Shown in pieces: positions 8,987 to 19,269 of a stretch of DNA of 64,000 bases (positions within the stretch are counted from its first letter, which is position 1; the number at the start of each line of letters is the position of its first letter). Both the position numbers and the translations under genes were made by a program. The stretch is from positions 224,001 through 288,000 of the forward strand of contig CAVRAG010000008.1 in the NCBI GenBank assembly GCA_963718895.1, given 5' to 3'. This DNA comes from an uncultured Nitrososphaerota archaeon. GTDB lineage: Archaea > Thermoproteota > Nitrososphaeria > Nitrososphaerales > Gagatemarchaeaceae. The notes under the pieces are model-generated. The model had not been told where the DNA came from. It worked only from the letters and a program-made list of their open reading frames with translations, and did no database searches.

Positions 8987-9514
8987 ATGAAGATAATCCT
9001 GGGCACCTTCAAGGACAACGCCGACGAACTGGCCGAGTTCCTTGAGCCGAGAGTGGGCGCCAAACCGCAGGTGAGTGGAGCGGAACTTACCGTCGAGGAC
9101 GATTCGTTGAAGAAGACCGTGAAGGTACGGCACGTCAAGACGTACGTAAAGCGGTTCCTCTGGAAGAAGGGAGAGAGGAAGAACTACAGGGTCCTGGTCC
9201 AGGGCAAGGAGCTGAGACTGATAGAGCTCGAACCGTCCGAGGCCGAGGAGGAGGAGAGGAAGAAGCTGGAGGAGAAGGAGAAGGAACGGGCAAAGAAGGA
9301 GGAATCCGTCAAGGAGGAGGAGCCCGTCGTGAAGCAGCAGGAACCTGAGACGAAGAAGGAGGAAGTCCCGCAGCCGGAGGAGGCGAAGCCCGAGCCTGCC
9401 GCCTTGGAGGAAGAAGAGAAGCCCGCCGCCCCGAAGGAGACTAGGAAGAGGGCGAAGAAGTCGACGAAGAAGAGCGCCGAGAAAGCGCAGCCTGCCGCTT
9501 CTCCCTCGACCTGA
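8987..9514 (+). CDS. ribosomal protein eL22-like with long charged C-terminal tail
   Basis: LAEFLEPRV...VRHVKTYVKRFLWKKGERKNYRVL resembles the eL22 core as I recall it (FLxERI...KRYLKYLTKKYLKKxxLRDWLRVV). Confidence 0.65.
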   Translation: MKIILGTFKDNADELAEFLEPRVGAKPQVSGAELTVEDDSLKKTVKVRHVKTYVKRFLWKKGERKNYRVLVQGKELRLIELEPSEAEEEERKKLEEKEKERAKKEESVKEEEPVVKQQEPETKKEEVPQPEEAKPEPAALEEEEKPAAPKETRKRAKKSTKKSAEKAQPAASPST

Positions 9515-9866
9515 CGCGTCCCAGCTCCGCGAGGTAAGCCCGCAGGGAAGTCCTCGCCCCCCGCAACGACTCGAGCCCTTCAGCCGTCTTCCGTGACTGA
9601 ACCAAGACGCCTGCTCGCCTCATCTGCTCGAGGGCGGTTTCGAGGAACTCCTCAGGCCGCTTGGACCTAGGCAGCTCCGTGAAGGCGCCGGGCCTCTCTG
9701 TGCCGAGCCTCAGCTTCAGTTTGGCCACAGCCCTCTCGGTCCTGGCGTAGATGACCCAGATGTCATTCTCCGCCGGCGAACCTCCGACTGCGCTGCCGAG
9801 CGAATCGGTGAGAGCGGCAATCTCGACCTTCAGGTCGTCCGATTGCAACCGGGCTCTTCGCCGCAT
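9441..9866 (-). CDS. hypothetical helical protein
   Basis: 141-aa ORF with plausible composition, fills the gap between neighbours. Confidence 0.5.
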   Translation of the reverse strand: MRRRARLQSDDLKVEIAALTDSLGSAVGGSPAENDIWVIYARTERAVAKLKLRLGTERPGAFTELPRSKRPEEFLETALEQMRRAGVLVQSRKTAEGLESLRGARTSLRAYLAELGRVRSREKRQAALSRRSSSSTSSPSS

Positions 9867-10011
9867 GTTGTAGTCGTGCCGGAGACCCCGGCTATTTTGA
9901 TTTTCCAGTCAGAACCTTATTAAATCCCAGAACCGACGGGCGGCCAAGTTGCCCCCCAGGAAGGAAGCTCGCAGGATAATCGGAGGGTGTTTTGTTAAGC
10001 TTGGCGGGCTG

Positions 10012-10632
10012 ATGGAACTAGGGCGTCTGGCCTGTGCCCTTGAGCGGGCGCAACTTCCGATCTTCATGTCGAAGGTAGGCCAGAAGACGAGGCTATCGGT
10101 CCAGAACGACCTGTTCATGGGGGTGCCGATCTTCTACTATGCAGAAGCAGACAAGGGAGGGGAGTTCCTTGCATACAGGAACGCGGGCGAGATAGAGGAG
10201 GTGCAGCTCGTCGAGTCTGCGTCGACCCCGTCCTACATCTACTCGCCGATCATCCACGTACTGAAGATGCCCAGCATCCTCGAGCACAAGCGGGAGTTCC
10301 ACCAAAAGTTCCTGGCCGCAGAGGTCGCAGACCTCGCTTCCCTCGTGAAGCTGGCCACCTACAAGATGCTCTACGAGGAGCCGCCCCTTCCGCTGTACTC
10401 CTTCAAGAACGGGACGAGCTGGATAGTGGGTTCATTCGCCCGTCTGGACGACTTCGAGGAGGCGTCGCTGTTCTTCTACACGAGGATGAAGGAGGAGCCC
10501 TCCATGGGGTTCGTGAAGTACTCGCCGGCGAACATAGGCGACACGAGCTTCAGCAAGAGGACAGACGAGCACGGCTTCTACTACGTCAAGGTCATCAAGC
10601 TGGCGGAGAAACACCCGCTGGTGGAGTTCTAG
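10012..10632 (+). CDS. hypothetical protein
   Basis: Host-like codon usage, globular composition, abuts pyrF. Confidence 0.7.
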   Translation: MELGRLACALERAQLPIFMSKVGQKTRLSVQNDLFMGVPIFYYAEADKGGEFLAYRNAGEIEEVQLVESASTPSYIYSPIIHVLKMPSILEHKREFHQKFLAAEVADLASLVKLATYKMLYEEPPLPLYSFKNGTSWIVGSFARLDDFEEASLFFYTRMKEEPSMGFVKYSPANIGDTSFSKRTDEHGFYYVKVIKLAEKHPLVEF

Positions 10633-11366
10633 TGCGGTTCGGGGACAGGCTGAGAGACTCCTCGAAGAAACACGGAAGCAGGATCATCCTTGCCCTGGAC
10701 GTCACGGGACCCCAGGCCACGAGGGCGGCCAGGGCCGAGTCGCTGCTCCGCGAGCTCGGCGACTCCCTGGCTGGCGTCAAGGTCAACTTCCAGCTCCTCC
10801 TCCCTCAGGGACTGCAGGGTCTGGCGGGGGTGGTCAAGGTCTGCTCCGAGAAGGGGATTCCCCTGATCGCGGACATCAAGCTCAACGACATCGAGTCGAC
10901 GAACCTCGAGACGGTAGAGATGCTGTTCGGCGGCGGATTCGATGCGGTGATCGCCAACCCGTTCACCGGCCACAACGAGGGGCTCTCCAAGGTGATAGCG
11001 AGGGCCAAGGCGCTCGATAAGGGCGTGATACTCCTGGTGTACATGAGCCATGCCGGCGCCGAGGAGGGGTACGGGCTCAAGGTCGGCGAGGAGCCGATGT
11101 ACATGCTCTTCGCAAGGAAGGTGCGGGACTGGGAGGCAGACGGCGCCATCGTCTCGGCGAAGTCGCTCGACATAATCAGGGAGGTGAGGAGGACCCTCGA
11201 CCCCTGGCAGGTCATCCTGAGCCCAGGCATCGGCTTTCAGGGTGGCGAGGCGGATCGGGCGGTCAAGGCAGGGACCGACTTCGCCATCGTCGGCCGTTCG
11301 ATAATAGACGCCAAGACCCCCCGGGCGATGCTCCGGGAGCTCAACCTCTCGGTCACCGATTCCTGA
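10632..11366 (+). CDS. pyrF: orotidine 5'-phosphate decarboxylase
   Basis: ILALD, DIKLNDI, SPGIGFQGG, IVGRSI. Confidence 0.9.
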   Translation: MRFGDRLRDSSKKHGSRIILALDVTGPQATRAARAESLLRELGDSLAGVKVNFQLLLPQGLQGLAGVVKVCSEKGIPLIADIKLNDIESTNLETVEMLFGGGFDAVIANPFTGHNEGLSKVIARAKALDKGVILLVYMSHAGAEEGYGLKVGEEPMYMLFARKVRDWEADGAIVSAKSLDIIREVRRTLDPWQVILSPGIGFQGGEADRAVKAGTDFAIVGRSIIDAKTPRAMLRELNLSVTDS

Positions 11367-11775
11367 GCGAGTCTTCGGCTGCGCGGAGGAGCATCGTCGA
11401 GTTCGCGTAGGTGACCACCTTGAGCGCCTCCTCGTGGCCGAGCCAGGTGTAGTCCCTGTGCTCGAACGAGAGGACGACCTTGTCCTCCTTCGACTCTGCC
11501 AGGAAGAAGGTTACTTCCTTGTGGACCGTCCTCCCGTCCCGCTTGTAGTAGTACTCGATGACCTTCCTGAACCCTGCGACGGGGACGATGTTAACCAGTC
11601 CGGTCTCCTCGCGCACCTCGCGGAGCATGGTCTGCTCGGGAGTTTCGCCTTCCTCGATGTTCCCCTTCGGGAAGTCCCAGTGTCCGGCGGGATACTTCAA
11701 GAGGAGGTAGCGTCTGCCCGCCGGCGTCTCGTGGAAGACGAGGGCCCCGGCCGAGCGCTCCTCGGGGTGGCTCAA
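11353..11775 (-). CDS. NUDIX hydrolase (Ap4A hydrolase-like)
   Basis: HWDFPKGNIEEGETPEQTMLREVREETGL Nudix box. Confidence 0.9.
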   Translation of the reverse strand: MSHPEERSAGALVFHETPAGRRYLLLKYPAGHWDFPKGNIEEGETPEQTMLREVREETGLVNIVPVAGFRKVIEYYYKRDGRTVHKEVTFFLAESKEDKVVLSFEHRDYTWLGHEEALKVVTYANSTMLLRAAEDSLRNR

Positions 11776-11815
11776 GGGCTCCGCCCTGATCCGGCCGCGC
11801 GGGCGCCCACGGGGG

Positions 11816-14518
11816 TCAAGCCTGGACGGCAGGATTGATTCTCCGCCTCATGTAGACGAGTCCGGCGAAGGCGATGAGAACCGCGATCACTATGGGGATG
11901 GTGTACCTCGTGGTTACATCGACCCCTACAGTGACGGACTGCTTCGGGGCCACCCCGTTGAGGGAGAACCCCTGGTAGTGGAAGCTGAGCTGGGACGAGC
12001 TGGTCTCGAATGTTAGGCCCGTCGAGGTCACGAGGGTGACCTGGACGGTCTGGTTGGCGTCGGGCCCCAGTGAGGGCAGCGATACGGTCACGGTCCGCCC
12101 TGAGACCTGTGCCCCCGAGACCACGGTCAGCCCGGACGGGAGCGTGAACGTGTAGGTCAGGTCCGAGACGGGGACGCTCGCCGTGTTCGCCAGGGTTATC
12201 GAGAGCGTGAAGTCATGTTCCTCTTCGGGGGTCGGCGGGCTGGTCGAGACGGTGGCTGTGACCGGCTTGAAGACCTCCATGTACGCAGTGGAGGAAGTGA
12301 GCGTGGCCGTCAGTCCGCCGTACACGAGGGAGACGGTGGCCGGGGACGCTGATGAGTTACCGGAAGCAAGGCTGGTCAGCGCGACTGTGTAGTTGAAACT
12401 CTCGGATTGCTTCGGGGCCAGTGTCGCGTAGGTCTTGACGGTTGTTGAGCCGCCTGGGATGGAGTCGAAAATGTCCTGAGTCGAGCTGAGGGTTGCGTTG
12501 AAGACGGGGCCCGACCCCAGGTTGGTCATGCCCAGAGACACAGAGGAGGTCATCCCAGGGAAGCCCTCGCCCAGCCCGAACGACTTGGTGAGGACCATCC
12601 CGGCCGGAATCACGAATGCCCCCCCGAAGGTGTGGAGCGTCGCGCCCTCGAACGTGGTAGCGACCGATCCTGGCGGGATGACGAAGTTGTCCTGGCTGAA
12701 CCTCAATTGCAGCGTGTTGAGCTGCGCGTTCTGCGTGGTGAGGCTGGCGACGGTCATCGTGTACGTGCTCCCGGAGCAGCTGCCCGTGGAGTTTCCCTTG
12801 ATGACCGTACAGGAGACGCCTGACGGTAGCACGTCGGTCCCGGTGACCGACCCCGAGGTCGCCGAACCCTTGTTCGAGAAGGTGTAGGTCACGTCGAGGA
12901 GTCGCGATTGGATCGAGCCTGCGGTTAGGGTTTCATTCGTCGCCAGCTGGATGAAGGGGATGACCATCGCCGAATGGGAGAACAGGAGAGAGACCGAGTT
13001 CGAGGTTATGTTCACAGTCTGCTGGGCGGAATTCGTGAACACGACCGGAAAGGTCTGAGTGAAGTTCGTCCGTGCGAGATTGGTCAACGTGACTGGAATG
13101 TTCACGGTCTGAGAGCCTCCCGCCGGCAGGCTCTGGATCGAGGTGCCCCCGACCCGCACGTTGATCGCAGGCGAGTTTCCGCTGTTTGTCAGCGTCACTG
13201 TGTAGTTTCCGGCCGTCCCGAGCGGTGCGCCCGAGGAGATCGAGGGCCGGGCTGTCACGACTAAAGCCGGACCCACGTTGTTGATCTGCAGGACGGCCTG
13301 GTTGAGCGTCACCCCGCTGCGATAGCTGGACCCTGAGAGCGTATACAGAAAACTGGCCCTCGACGCAGGGACGGTGACCTGTGTGCTTGAACCGGACACG
13401 ACCTGGAGAAAGTACGACTTTGTGACGTTCTGCCCAGCGCTGACAAGGGGAATCGTGAAGCTGTAGTTTCCGCTCACGAACTTGAAGACGCTCGAGTACG
13501 ACTGCCACCAGTTGTCGTTGACGGTGACGTTCTGGATTGAGCCGGTCGCGGCCGTGTCCTTGATGACTATCGTCACGGCGAGGGACTGATTCGCCGTCAG
13601 GGTTCCACGGTCGAACTCGCGGTACGCGATCGCCGTCGGCGCCAGGGAGGTCACGGTGGCGTTGGGCCTAACGACAGCCCCCGGACTCACGCTCAGCGTG
13701 TAGGTGCCGCTGAAGGCGGAGGCCACGTTGGCGACGGTCGCCTTGGAGTCGCTCGACTGGATCACCCCGTCGAGGGAGTGGATGACTACCTCGCTGGATG
13801 ACGAGGACGTCGATGTGGTGAGGTTGCCACCGGAGTTTGAGAGGATCCCAGGCAGATTGATCGCACCGCTCGAAGTGATGATGCTCGATGACGCGGCGCC
13901 GATCGTTATCGAGTGACTGAAACCAGTCCCGTTGTTGGAACCCGAGAGCGAGATGGAGGGCATCGCCAGTCCTGTGAGCGTCGCCTCGGTTACGAAGGTC
14001 GAGAATCCTTTCATCGCGGTCGGGAGGAGCCTGAAGAGCACCGGCGCCGCGACCCCGACGAAGTTGACTGGTGCGAAGTAGACGTAAGACCCGGACCCGG
14101 ACGAGACGAGCGTAAAGCCGGTGGCGAACCGACTGGCGAAGTAGGAGACCAGCGGCGAAGCTGCGGAGGCGCTGGAGGCGTTCACCGTGAGGAAGAGGCC
14201 CTGGGCGGGCATCGACGGGACCTTGAGCACGTTGTATCCGTCGAGACCGAAGACCTGGAAGTCCGAGACCGCCGACTGGGTGCTCATCGCGAGGAGCCGG
14301 TAGGAGCTAAGCCCCGCCGAGGCCTCGGCTGCGGTCAGGTTCGCCGGCGCTGAGCTCAGCCGGTCCATGGTCATGAACCAGTAGGCGCTCGAGCCCGCTG
14401 TATAGACATCGACCTTCTCCGAGTACTGACTCTGGGCGCTGACAGGGGCCAAGACGAGGACCGGAGCCAGAGCGAGAGAGAGGACTAACGCCAGCACAAT
14501 TGTCTCTCCGGCTTTCAT
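11816..14518 (-). CDS. large secreted, membrane-anchored cell-surface (S-layer-like) protein
   Basis: Signal peptide, Ser/Thr-rich Ig-like repeats (TLTNSGNSPAINV, MTNLGSGPVFNA), many N-x-S/T sequons, C-terminal TM plus RRR. Confidence 0.8.
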   Translation of the reverse strand: MKAGETIVLALVLSLALAPVLVLAPVSAQSQYSEKVDVYTAGSSAYWFMTMDRLSSAPANLTAAEASAGLSSYRLLAMSTQSAVSDFQVFGLDGYNVLKVPSMPAQGLFLTVNASSASAASPLVSYFASRFATGFTLVSSGSGSYVYFAPVNFVGVAAPVLFRLLPTAMKGFSTFVTEATLTGLAMPSISLSGSNNGTGFSHSITIGAASSSIITSSGAINLPGILSNSGGNLTTSTSSSSSEVVIHSLDGVIQSSDSKATVANVASAFSGTYTLSVSPGAVVRPNATVTSLAPTAIAYREFDRGTLTANQSLAVTIVIKDTAATGSIQNVTVNDNWWQSYSSVFKFVSGNYSFTIPLVSAGQNVTKSYFLQVVSGSSTQVTVPASRASFLYTLSGSSYRSGVTLNQAVLQINNVGPALVVTARPSISSGAPLGTAGNYTVTLTNSGNSPAINVRVGGTSIQSLPAGGSQTVNIPVTLTNLARTNFTQTFPVVFTNSAQQTVNITSNSVSLLFSHSAMVIPFIQLATNETLTAGSIQSRLLDVTYTFSNKGSATSGSVTGTDVLPSGVSCTVIKGNSTGSCSGSTYTMTVASLTTQNAQLNTLQLRFSQDNFVIPPGSVATTFEGATLHTFGGAFVIPAGMVLTKSFGLGEGFPGMTSSVSLGMTNLGSGPVFNATLSSTQDIFDSIPGGSTTVKTYATLAPKQSESFNYTVALTSLASGNSSASPATVSLVYGGLTATLTSSTAYMEVFKPVTATVSTSPPTPEEEHDFTLSITLANTASVPVSDLTYTFTLPSGLTVVSGAQVSGRTVTVSLPSLGPDANQTVQVTLVTSTGLTFETSSSQLSFHYQGFSLNGVAPKQSVTVGVDVTTRYTIPIVIAVLIAFAGLVYMRRRINPAVQA

Positions 14519-14568
14519 GAAGGGTCTCGCCGCCCAAAGCACGATATTAAACCGTTACCCGAAGATGG

Positions 14569-15582
14569 TTACTTCCTCTTGGAAGTCTCTTCCGAGGGGT
14601 CGTCGATGCCCCTCTCGTTCAGCATGAAGACGGCGTCCCGCTCCGGGTGGTACGGGCTGTCGATCATCCTGGCGATCCGGTTCTTGCCTGCCTTCCTCAG
14701 GTAGATCCTGTAGGTGCTGGTGTGCGCGACCACGTGACCCCCGGTCGCCCTCGTCGGGTCCCCGAAGAAGCTGTCCGGCGCGGACTGCACCTGGTTGGTC
14801 ATGACGACGGCGATGTTGTAGACCTCGGCCGTGCGGAGGAGGTTGTGCATGAAGCGGTTCAGCCTCTGCTGCCTCTCTGCCAGTGTGCCCCGGCCGAGGA
14901 ACTCGGCGCGGTAGTGGGCGACCGCGCTGTCGACTATCACGAGTTTCACCTTGTGCTTCTCTATCATCCTCCCGAGGTCCTTCACGATGAGCTCCTGGTG
15001 CGCGCTGTTGTAGGCACGCGCGACCATGATCCTCGAGAGGATGTCCTCGGGATTGAACCCGCGGTTCTGGGCGATCTCCATGATCCTCTCCGGGCGGAAC
15101 GTCCCCTCGGTGTCGATGTAGACGACACCGCCGTCCAGGCCTCCTTCGGGTATGGGCTGCTGCACGGTGCAGCACAGGGTGTGGCAGATCTGCGTCTTCC
15201 CCGCGCCGAACTCCCCGTAGAACTCCGTGATCGCCCAGGTCTCGATGCCACCGCCCAGGAGGTCGTCGATGTTCTTGGACCCCGTGCTTATCCTGGTTAT
15301 GTTCCTTCTCCGGGTGAGAAGGTCCGTAGCGCTGACGAAGTCGGGCTCCAGCCGGCCCAGCTCGACGAGCCTCTTCCTCGCCTTGTTGTTGACCTCGACA
15401 GATTTCGTGATGTCCCAGTCTGTCGCGTCGGCAATCTCCGCGGGCCCGGAGGTCGCGAGATCGAGAATCGTGAATATCCCAGCTTCGTTCAGCTTCTGCT
15501 TGGTCACAGCGCCGACCCCGGCAATCGTGGTCACGTCCAGCTCTTCGTCGACCGCGTCTTCAGCCTTCTCTTCCTCTACCAT
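14569..15582 (-). CDS. radA: DNA repair and recombination protein RadA
   Basis: [37 protein letters not shown]. Confidence 0.97.
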   Translation of the reverse strand: MVEEEKAEDAVDEELDVTTIAGVGAVTKQKLNEAGIFTILDLATSGPAEIADATDWDITKSVEVNNKARKRLVELGRLEPDFVSATDLLTRRRNITRISTGSKNIDDLLGGGIETWAITEFYGEFGAGKTQICHTLCCTVQQPIPEGGLDGGVVYIDTEGTFRPERIMEIAQNRGFNPEDILSRIMVARAYNSAHQELIVKDLGRMIEKHKVKLVIVDSAVAHYRAEFLGRGTLAERQQRLNRFMHNLLRTAEVYNIAVVMTNQVQSAPDSFFGDPTRATGGHVVAHTSTYRIYLRKAGKNRIARMIDSPYHPERDAVFMLNERGIDDPSEETSKRK

Positions 15583-15633
15583 TTCGTTTTTTCTGCCCGG
15601 GTGAGCGTAAATAAGCGTGGCGGTGATCAGGGC

Positions 15634-16936
15634 CTAGGGGGAGACACGGGTCGTCGTACGTGGAAACAGGCTCGCCCCCCGAATGTGCTTGAGCCCCGCG
15701 AGCCAGCGGGTCACCCTCTCGACGCCCATCCCGAACCCCGCGTGGTCTGGCATCCCGTACTTCCTGAGGTCAAGGTACCACCCGAACGCTTCGGTGGGCA
15801 GGTCCTGGCTCTTGATCCTCTCCATGAGCACCTCGTAGCTCGCGATGCGCTGCCCGCCGGTAGCGAGCTCCCCGAACCCTTCGGGGGCTATCAGGTCCGC
15901 GGACTTCGTCACCTTCGGCCTATCGGGATATGTCATGTGGTAGAAGCTTCTTGCCGAGAGCGGGTAGTCGGTTATGAAGAACGGGCGCTCCCGCGAGAGG
16001 GAGACCAGCCTCTCCACCTCTGTCGGCACGTCCTCCCCCCACTCGAAAGGCAGCCCCTTCTTCTCGGCGAAGTCTCGCACCTCGTCGTAGGGGACCCTCT
16101 CGAACGGGAGCGGAGGTTCCGAGATGACCCGTCCGAGCAGCTTCAGCTCGTCCGAACGGTTCTGGATGACCCTCCTCGTGATGGAGGAGAGGAGGCCCTC
16201 CTGGAGGGACATGTTGTCGGACTGGTCTGCGAAGGCCTGCTCCGCCTCGATCATCCAGAACTCCGTAAGGTGCTTGGGGGTCCTCGACTTCTCGGCCCGG
16301 AACGCGGGCTGGTAGATCCAGACCTTCTCGAGCGCCGCCAGGGCCGCCTCCTCGTAGAACTGGGCGCTCTGGCTGAGGAAGACCTTCTTCCCGAAGTAGT
16401 CGACGCCGAAGAGCGTCGAGCCGCCCTCGACCGCCGCCTGGACGAAGCTGGGCGCGCTGATGAGTGTGAACCCGTTTTCCCTGAAATAGTCGAAGGTAGC
16501 GCAGACGACCTCGTTCCGGATCTTCATGGTCGCGGCGACCTTCCTGCTCCTGATGCTCAGATGGCGGATGTCGTACAGGTAGGACGCGGACTTTGCGGCT
16601 GTCTTGGTAATCGGCCAGGTCTCCGCCTTCGAGAGGACAGAGAAGCCGCGGACTGAGATCTCCTTTCCACCGGGAGCGCGCGCCGTCAACCCGGACCACC
16701 CCATCCACGGAGACCGCCGACTCCTTCGTCGCGGACTTTATCGCGTCCATCGAATCGGGGGGAGTGACCCCTCCCTTTGCAGAGACCTGGATGTACCCTG
16801 TCCCGTCCCTCACGACCGCGAAGACCAGCCCTCCGATGGCGTTCTTCGTGGCTATCCAGCCGTTGATCTCGACCCTCTCGCCGGCCTCGGATCCGAAGAC
16901 CTGCCGGATCCGCAGACGCCTCGCCTGGCTCTCCAC
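15634..16936 (-). CDS. asnS: asparagine-tRNA ligase (frameshift near 16685)
   Basis: OB-fold VRDGTGYIQ, FRAEKSRTPKHLTEFW, EGFGELATGGQR, HAGFGMGVER. Confidence 0.88.
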
Positions 16937-17001
16937 TTGCGTCGCTCCGGTGGACGGGACGGTAATCCGCTTAAAAACGTCGTGCACGCGCAGGTGCCGT
17001 C

Positions 17002-17997
17002 TTGAAACCTGCGGCCATAGTCGGGTGGACCGGGAACGGCTCGCTGGACGATCTCGCGAGGACCGCCCTCGGCAAGCTCCCAGGTAGCGGTGCCGGCGTG
17101 ACGAAGGAAGCCGGATCGCTCATGATCAGCGGGGAAGACCCAATCGTCGTCGCGAGGAGGTTGGCGCACCTTCCCGGAGTCGCCTGGGTCGCTGTCGGCT
17201 TCGAGTTCGACAATTCCGCCGGGCTCCTCTCGAGGCTCGGGACGCTTGCAGTGAGATACCTCGAGCCGGGGGCGAGCTTCAAGGTGAGCGTAGAGGCCGA
17301 GGCGAGCGGGAGGGAGGAGGGGGACGTTCTGATGGAGGCGACCTCTGCCCTCCTCAAGGCAGCGAAGGGGGCCCGCGTCGACGAGAGGAACCCCAGCGTG
17401 TGGTTCCGTCTGATGATGGCAAAGGACGGCGGTGCGTGCGGGGTTCAGCTCAGAGAAGGCGTCGGAGGCGTCCCGACGGCGCGGGCGATGAAGGCGGCGT
17501 GCCTAGTCTCCGGCGGGTATCACAGCGCGGTCACGGCCTGGATGGCCGCTCTCTCAGGATACTCGCTTACGCTCGTCCACGCCAGGGACGACGACGAGTC
17601 GCTGAGACAGGTGGCGAGGCTCTACGCAGAACTCTCTACCAGGATGGACTCCTCTTCTCTCGCCCTCGAGGTTCTTGAGGGTCAAGGCCCAGCCGGTGAC
17701 AGGGTCGCCACCTGGCTCGGGGCTTTCAGAGGTGAGGCCTTCACCGGAGTCCACCCTGAGTGCAGAGGCATGGCCGGGTTGAGGCTCCTCCGTCCATACC
17801 AGTCCGCGCTCTTCCCCATGCTGCTCCTGCAGGAAGGGGAGGTCAGGACGAGGTTTGACGAGCTCGGGCTGCGGGGGAAGCCGACGGACCGGGTAGCGCG
17901 GCTCAAGTTCTCCCGCAGGAAGGCGAGCTATAGGGTCAAGAGGTTCTCCGGAAGGGAGGCAGACCAGAACGCGGTTCTCGACTCGATCTCGGCCTAG
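17002..17997 (+). CDS. THUMP-domain, divergent ThiI-like protein
   Basis: SFKVSVE...RVDERNP THUMP, GVGGVP, LVSGGYHS PP-loop-like motif. Confidence 0.65.
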   Translation: MKPAAIVGWTGNGSLDDLARTALGKLPGSGAGVTKEAGSLMISGEDPIVVARRLAHLPGVAWVAVGFEFDNSAGLLSRLGTLAVRYLEPGASFKVSVEAEASGREEGDVLMEATSALLKAAKGARVDERNPSVWFRLMMAKDGGACGVQLREGVGGVPTARAMKAACLVSGGYHSAVTAWMAALSGYSLTLVHARDDDESLRQVARLYAELSTRMDSSSLALEVLEGQGPAGDRVATWLGAFRGEAFTGVHPECRGMAGLRLLRPYQSALFPMLLLQEGEVRTRFDELGLRGKPTDRVARLKFSRRKASYRVKRFSGREADQNAVLDSISA

Positions 17998-18119
17998 TCA
18001 GCTCTTGAGCGCCTTGACGACGGCTCGGGCAGCCTCAGACTAGCTGGGCCAAGCTGTGAGGGCAGCGGACCTTGCGCCTCTTGTCACCCGAGGGGGAGAC
18101 CGGCGTCAACTCTCTCCGT

Positions 18120-18722
18120 CTATTCCTGTTCTCTCTTGACCTTCCCTCTGGGGGAGGTCTCGGAGAAGACCTCGGCCTGGAACCTCTGGACCGATACCTT
18201 GTCCTTCATCCAGGCGTCTGCGGGGAGGCCTGCCTTGAGACAGGTCTGGGTGAGGAAGTCCCTCGACGAGAGCCTGTACTCCGTCGCGACCTGCGGAAGG
18301 AGCAGCCCGCTCCTGCCCGAAGAGGAGATTATCAACCCGTCCACGCCTACCCGAATGTGCTTCTGGAGCTCCTCGGCCGAAGCGTACTCGACCTTCTCGG
18401 GCTTCGTCAACGCGCTCACCTCCACTAGGAGCCCGTCGAGCTCGCGTGGCTCGACCTTGGGGAAGCGCGGGTCGTACGCCGCCGCGCTCATGGCGGCTTC
18501 CATCACGGCCTCGCCGAGCTGCTTGACCGGATAGGGGAATCCGATGCATCCCCTGAGCTCGCCGTCTAGTCTCTTCAGCGTCACGAAGGTGCCTCGCGTC
18601 TCGCGCAGGAAGGGCTCGTTCCAGTACTCCGGATTCGCGATATCGTCTCCCCTTACGAAGGCATCGACGGTCGTCCGTGCGAGTCTGACAAGTTCTTGGC
18701 CTTGCTCCTTCGTCAGAGCCAT
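18120..18722 (-). CDS. AMMECR1-domain protein
   Basis: GTFVTL, LRGCIG, DPRF, GLLLPQVA. Confidence 0.92.
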   Translation of the reverse strand: MALTKEQGQELVRLARTTVDAFVRGDDIANPEYWNEPFLRETRGTFVTLKRLDGELRGCIGFPYPVKQLGEAVMEAAMSAAAYDPRFPKVEPRELDGLLVEVSALTKPEKVEYASAEELQKHIRVGVDGLIISSSGRSGLLLPQVATEYRLSSRDFLTQTCLKAGLPADAWMKDKVSVQRFQAEVFSETSPRGKVKREQE

Positions 18723-18752
18723 GGTGAGAGAAGCCGTTCAGAGGTTAAATTG

Positions 18753-19232
18753 CTATCGATGCCTGACGAGAGGAGACAGTTTCCCCAGCCTCGACCAGTG
18801 GCCCCCTCGCCAGTAGAGCTTCAAGCAAACAGGGCACCTGTAGTAGAGGCGGTGGCGATTTGCGATCGACTCGGGGAGCGAAATGGTCGCGAGGTCCCTC
18901 CCTACCCGGACGAGCTCGGAGTTGCAGATCGCGCACCTGGGAGAGCCGGGACTGACGGCCAGAGAGGCCGAGCGCGCCTGGGCGACCAGCGACTCGAGCC
19001 TCGCGCGGTCGCTCTCGCCGCCAACCTCGAGCGCGGTAACCCCGTGCCGGTTCGAATGCCGGGCAAGCCCTCTGTCCGAGGTGACTATCACCCGGTCGTC
19101 GTCCCTGGCGACCCGCTCGAGGTCCGAGTCAGACCCTTCCCGGAAGTAAAGTGTGTCGAAGCCGAAGATCCGCAGCTTCCTCGCGAGGCTTCCGAGCATG
19201 GCGTCGACGACGAACCTCGGCCGTCCGGGCAT
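18753..19232 (-). CDS. Mut7-C RNase (PIN-like) domain protein
   Basis: FVVDAMLGSLARKLRIFGFD, RCAICN, CPVCLKLYWRGGH. Confidence 0.9.
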   Translation of the reverse strand: MPGRPRFVVDAMLGSLARKLRIFGFDTLYFREGSDSDLERVARDDDRVIVTSDRGLARHSNRHGVTALEVGGESDRARLESLVAQARSASLAVSPGSPRCAICNSELVRVGRDLATISLPESIANRHRLYYRCPVCLKLYWRGGHWSRLGKLSPLVRHR

Positions 19233-19269
19233 GGGCTGGTCGGAGGATTCCCGGCCTTTTTGCTCTTTC

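Noticed and set aside
14647-16656. Long antisense ORFs (e.g. 669 aa opposite radA/asnS; 413 aa at 58639..59880)
   Set aside because: Shadow ORFs typical of high-GC3 coding strands, with no motifs of their own.
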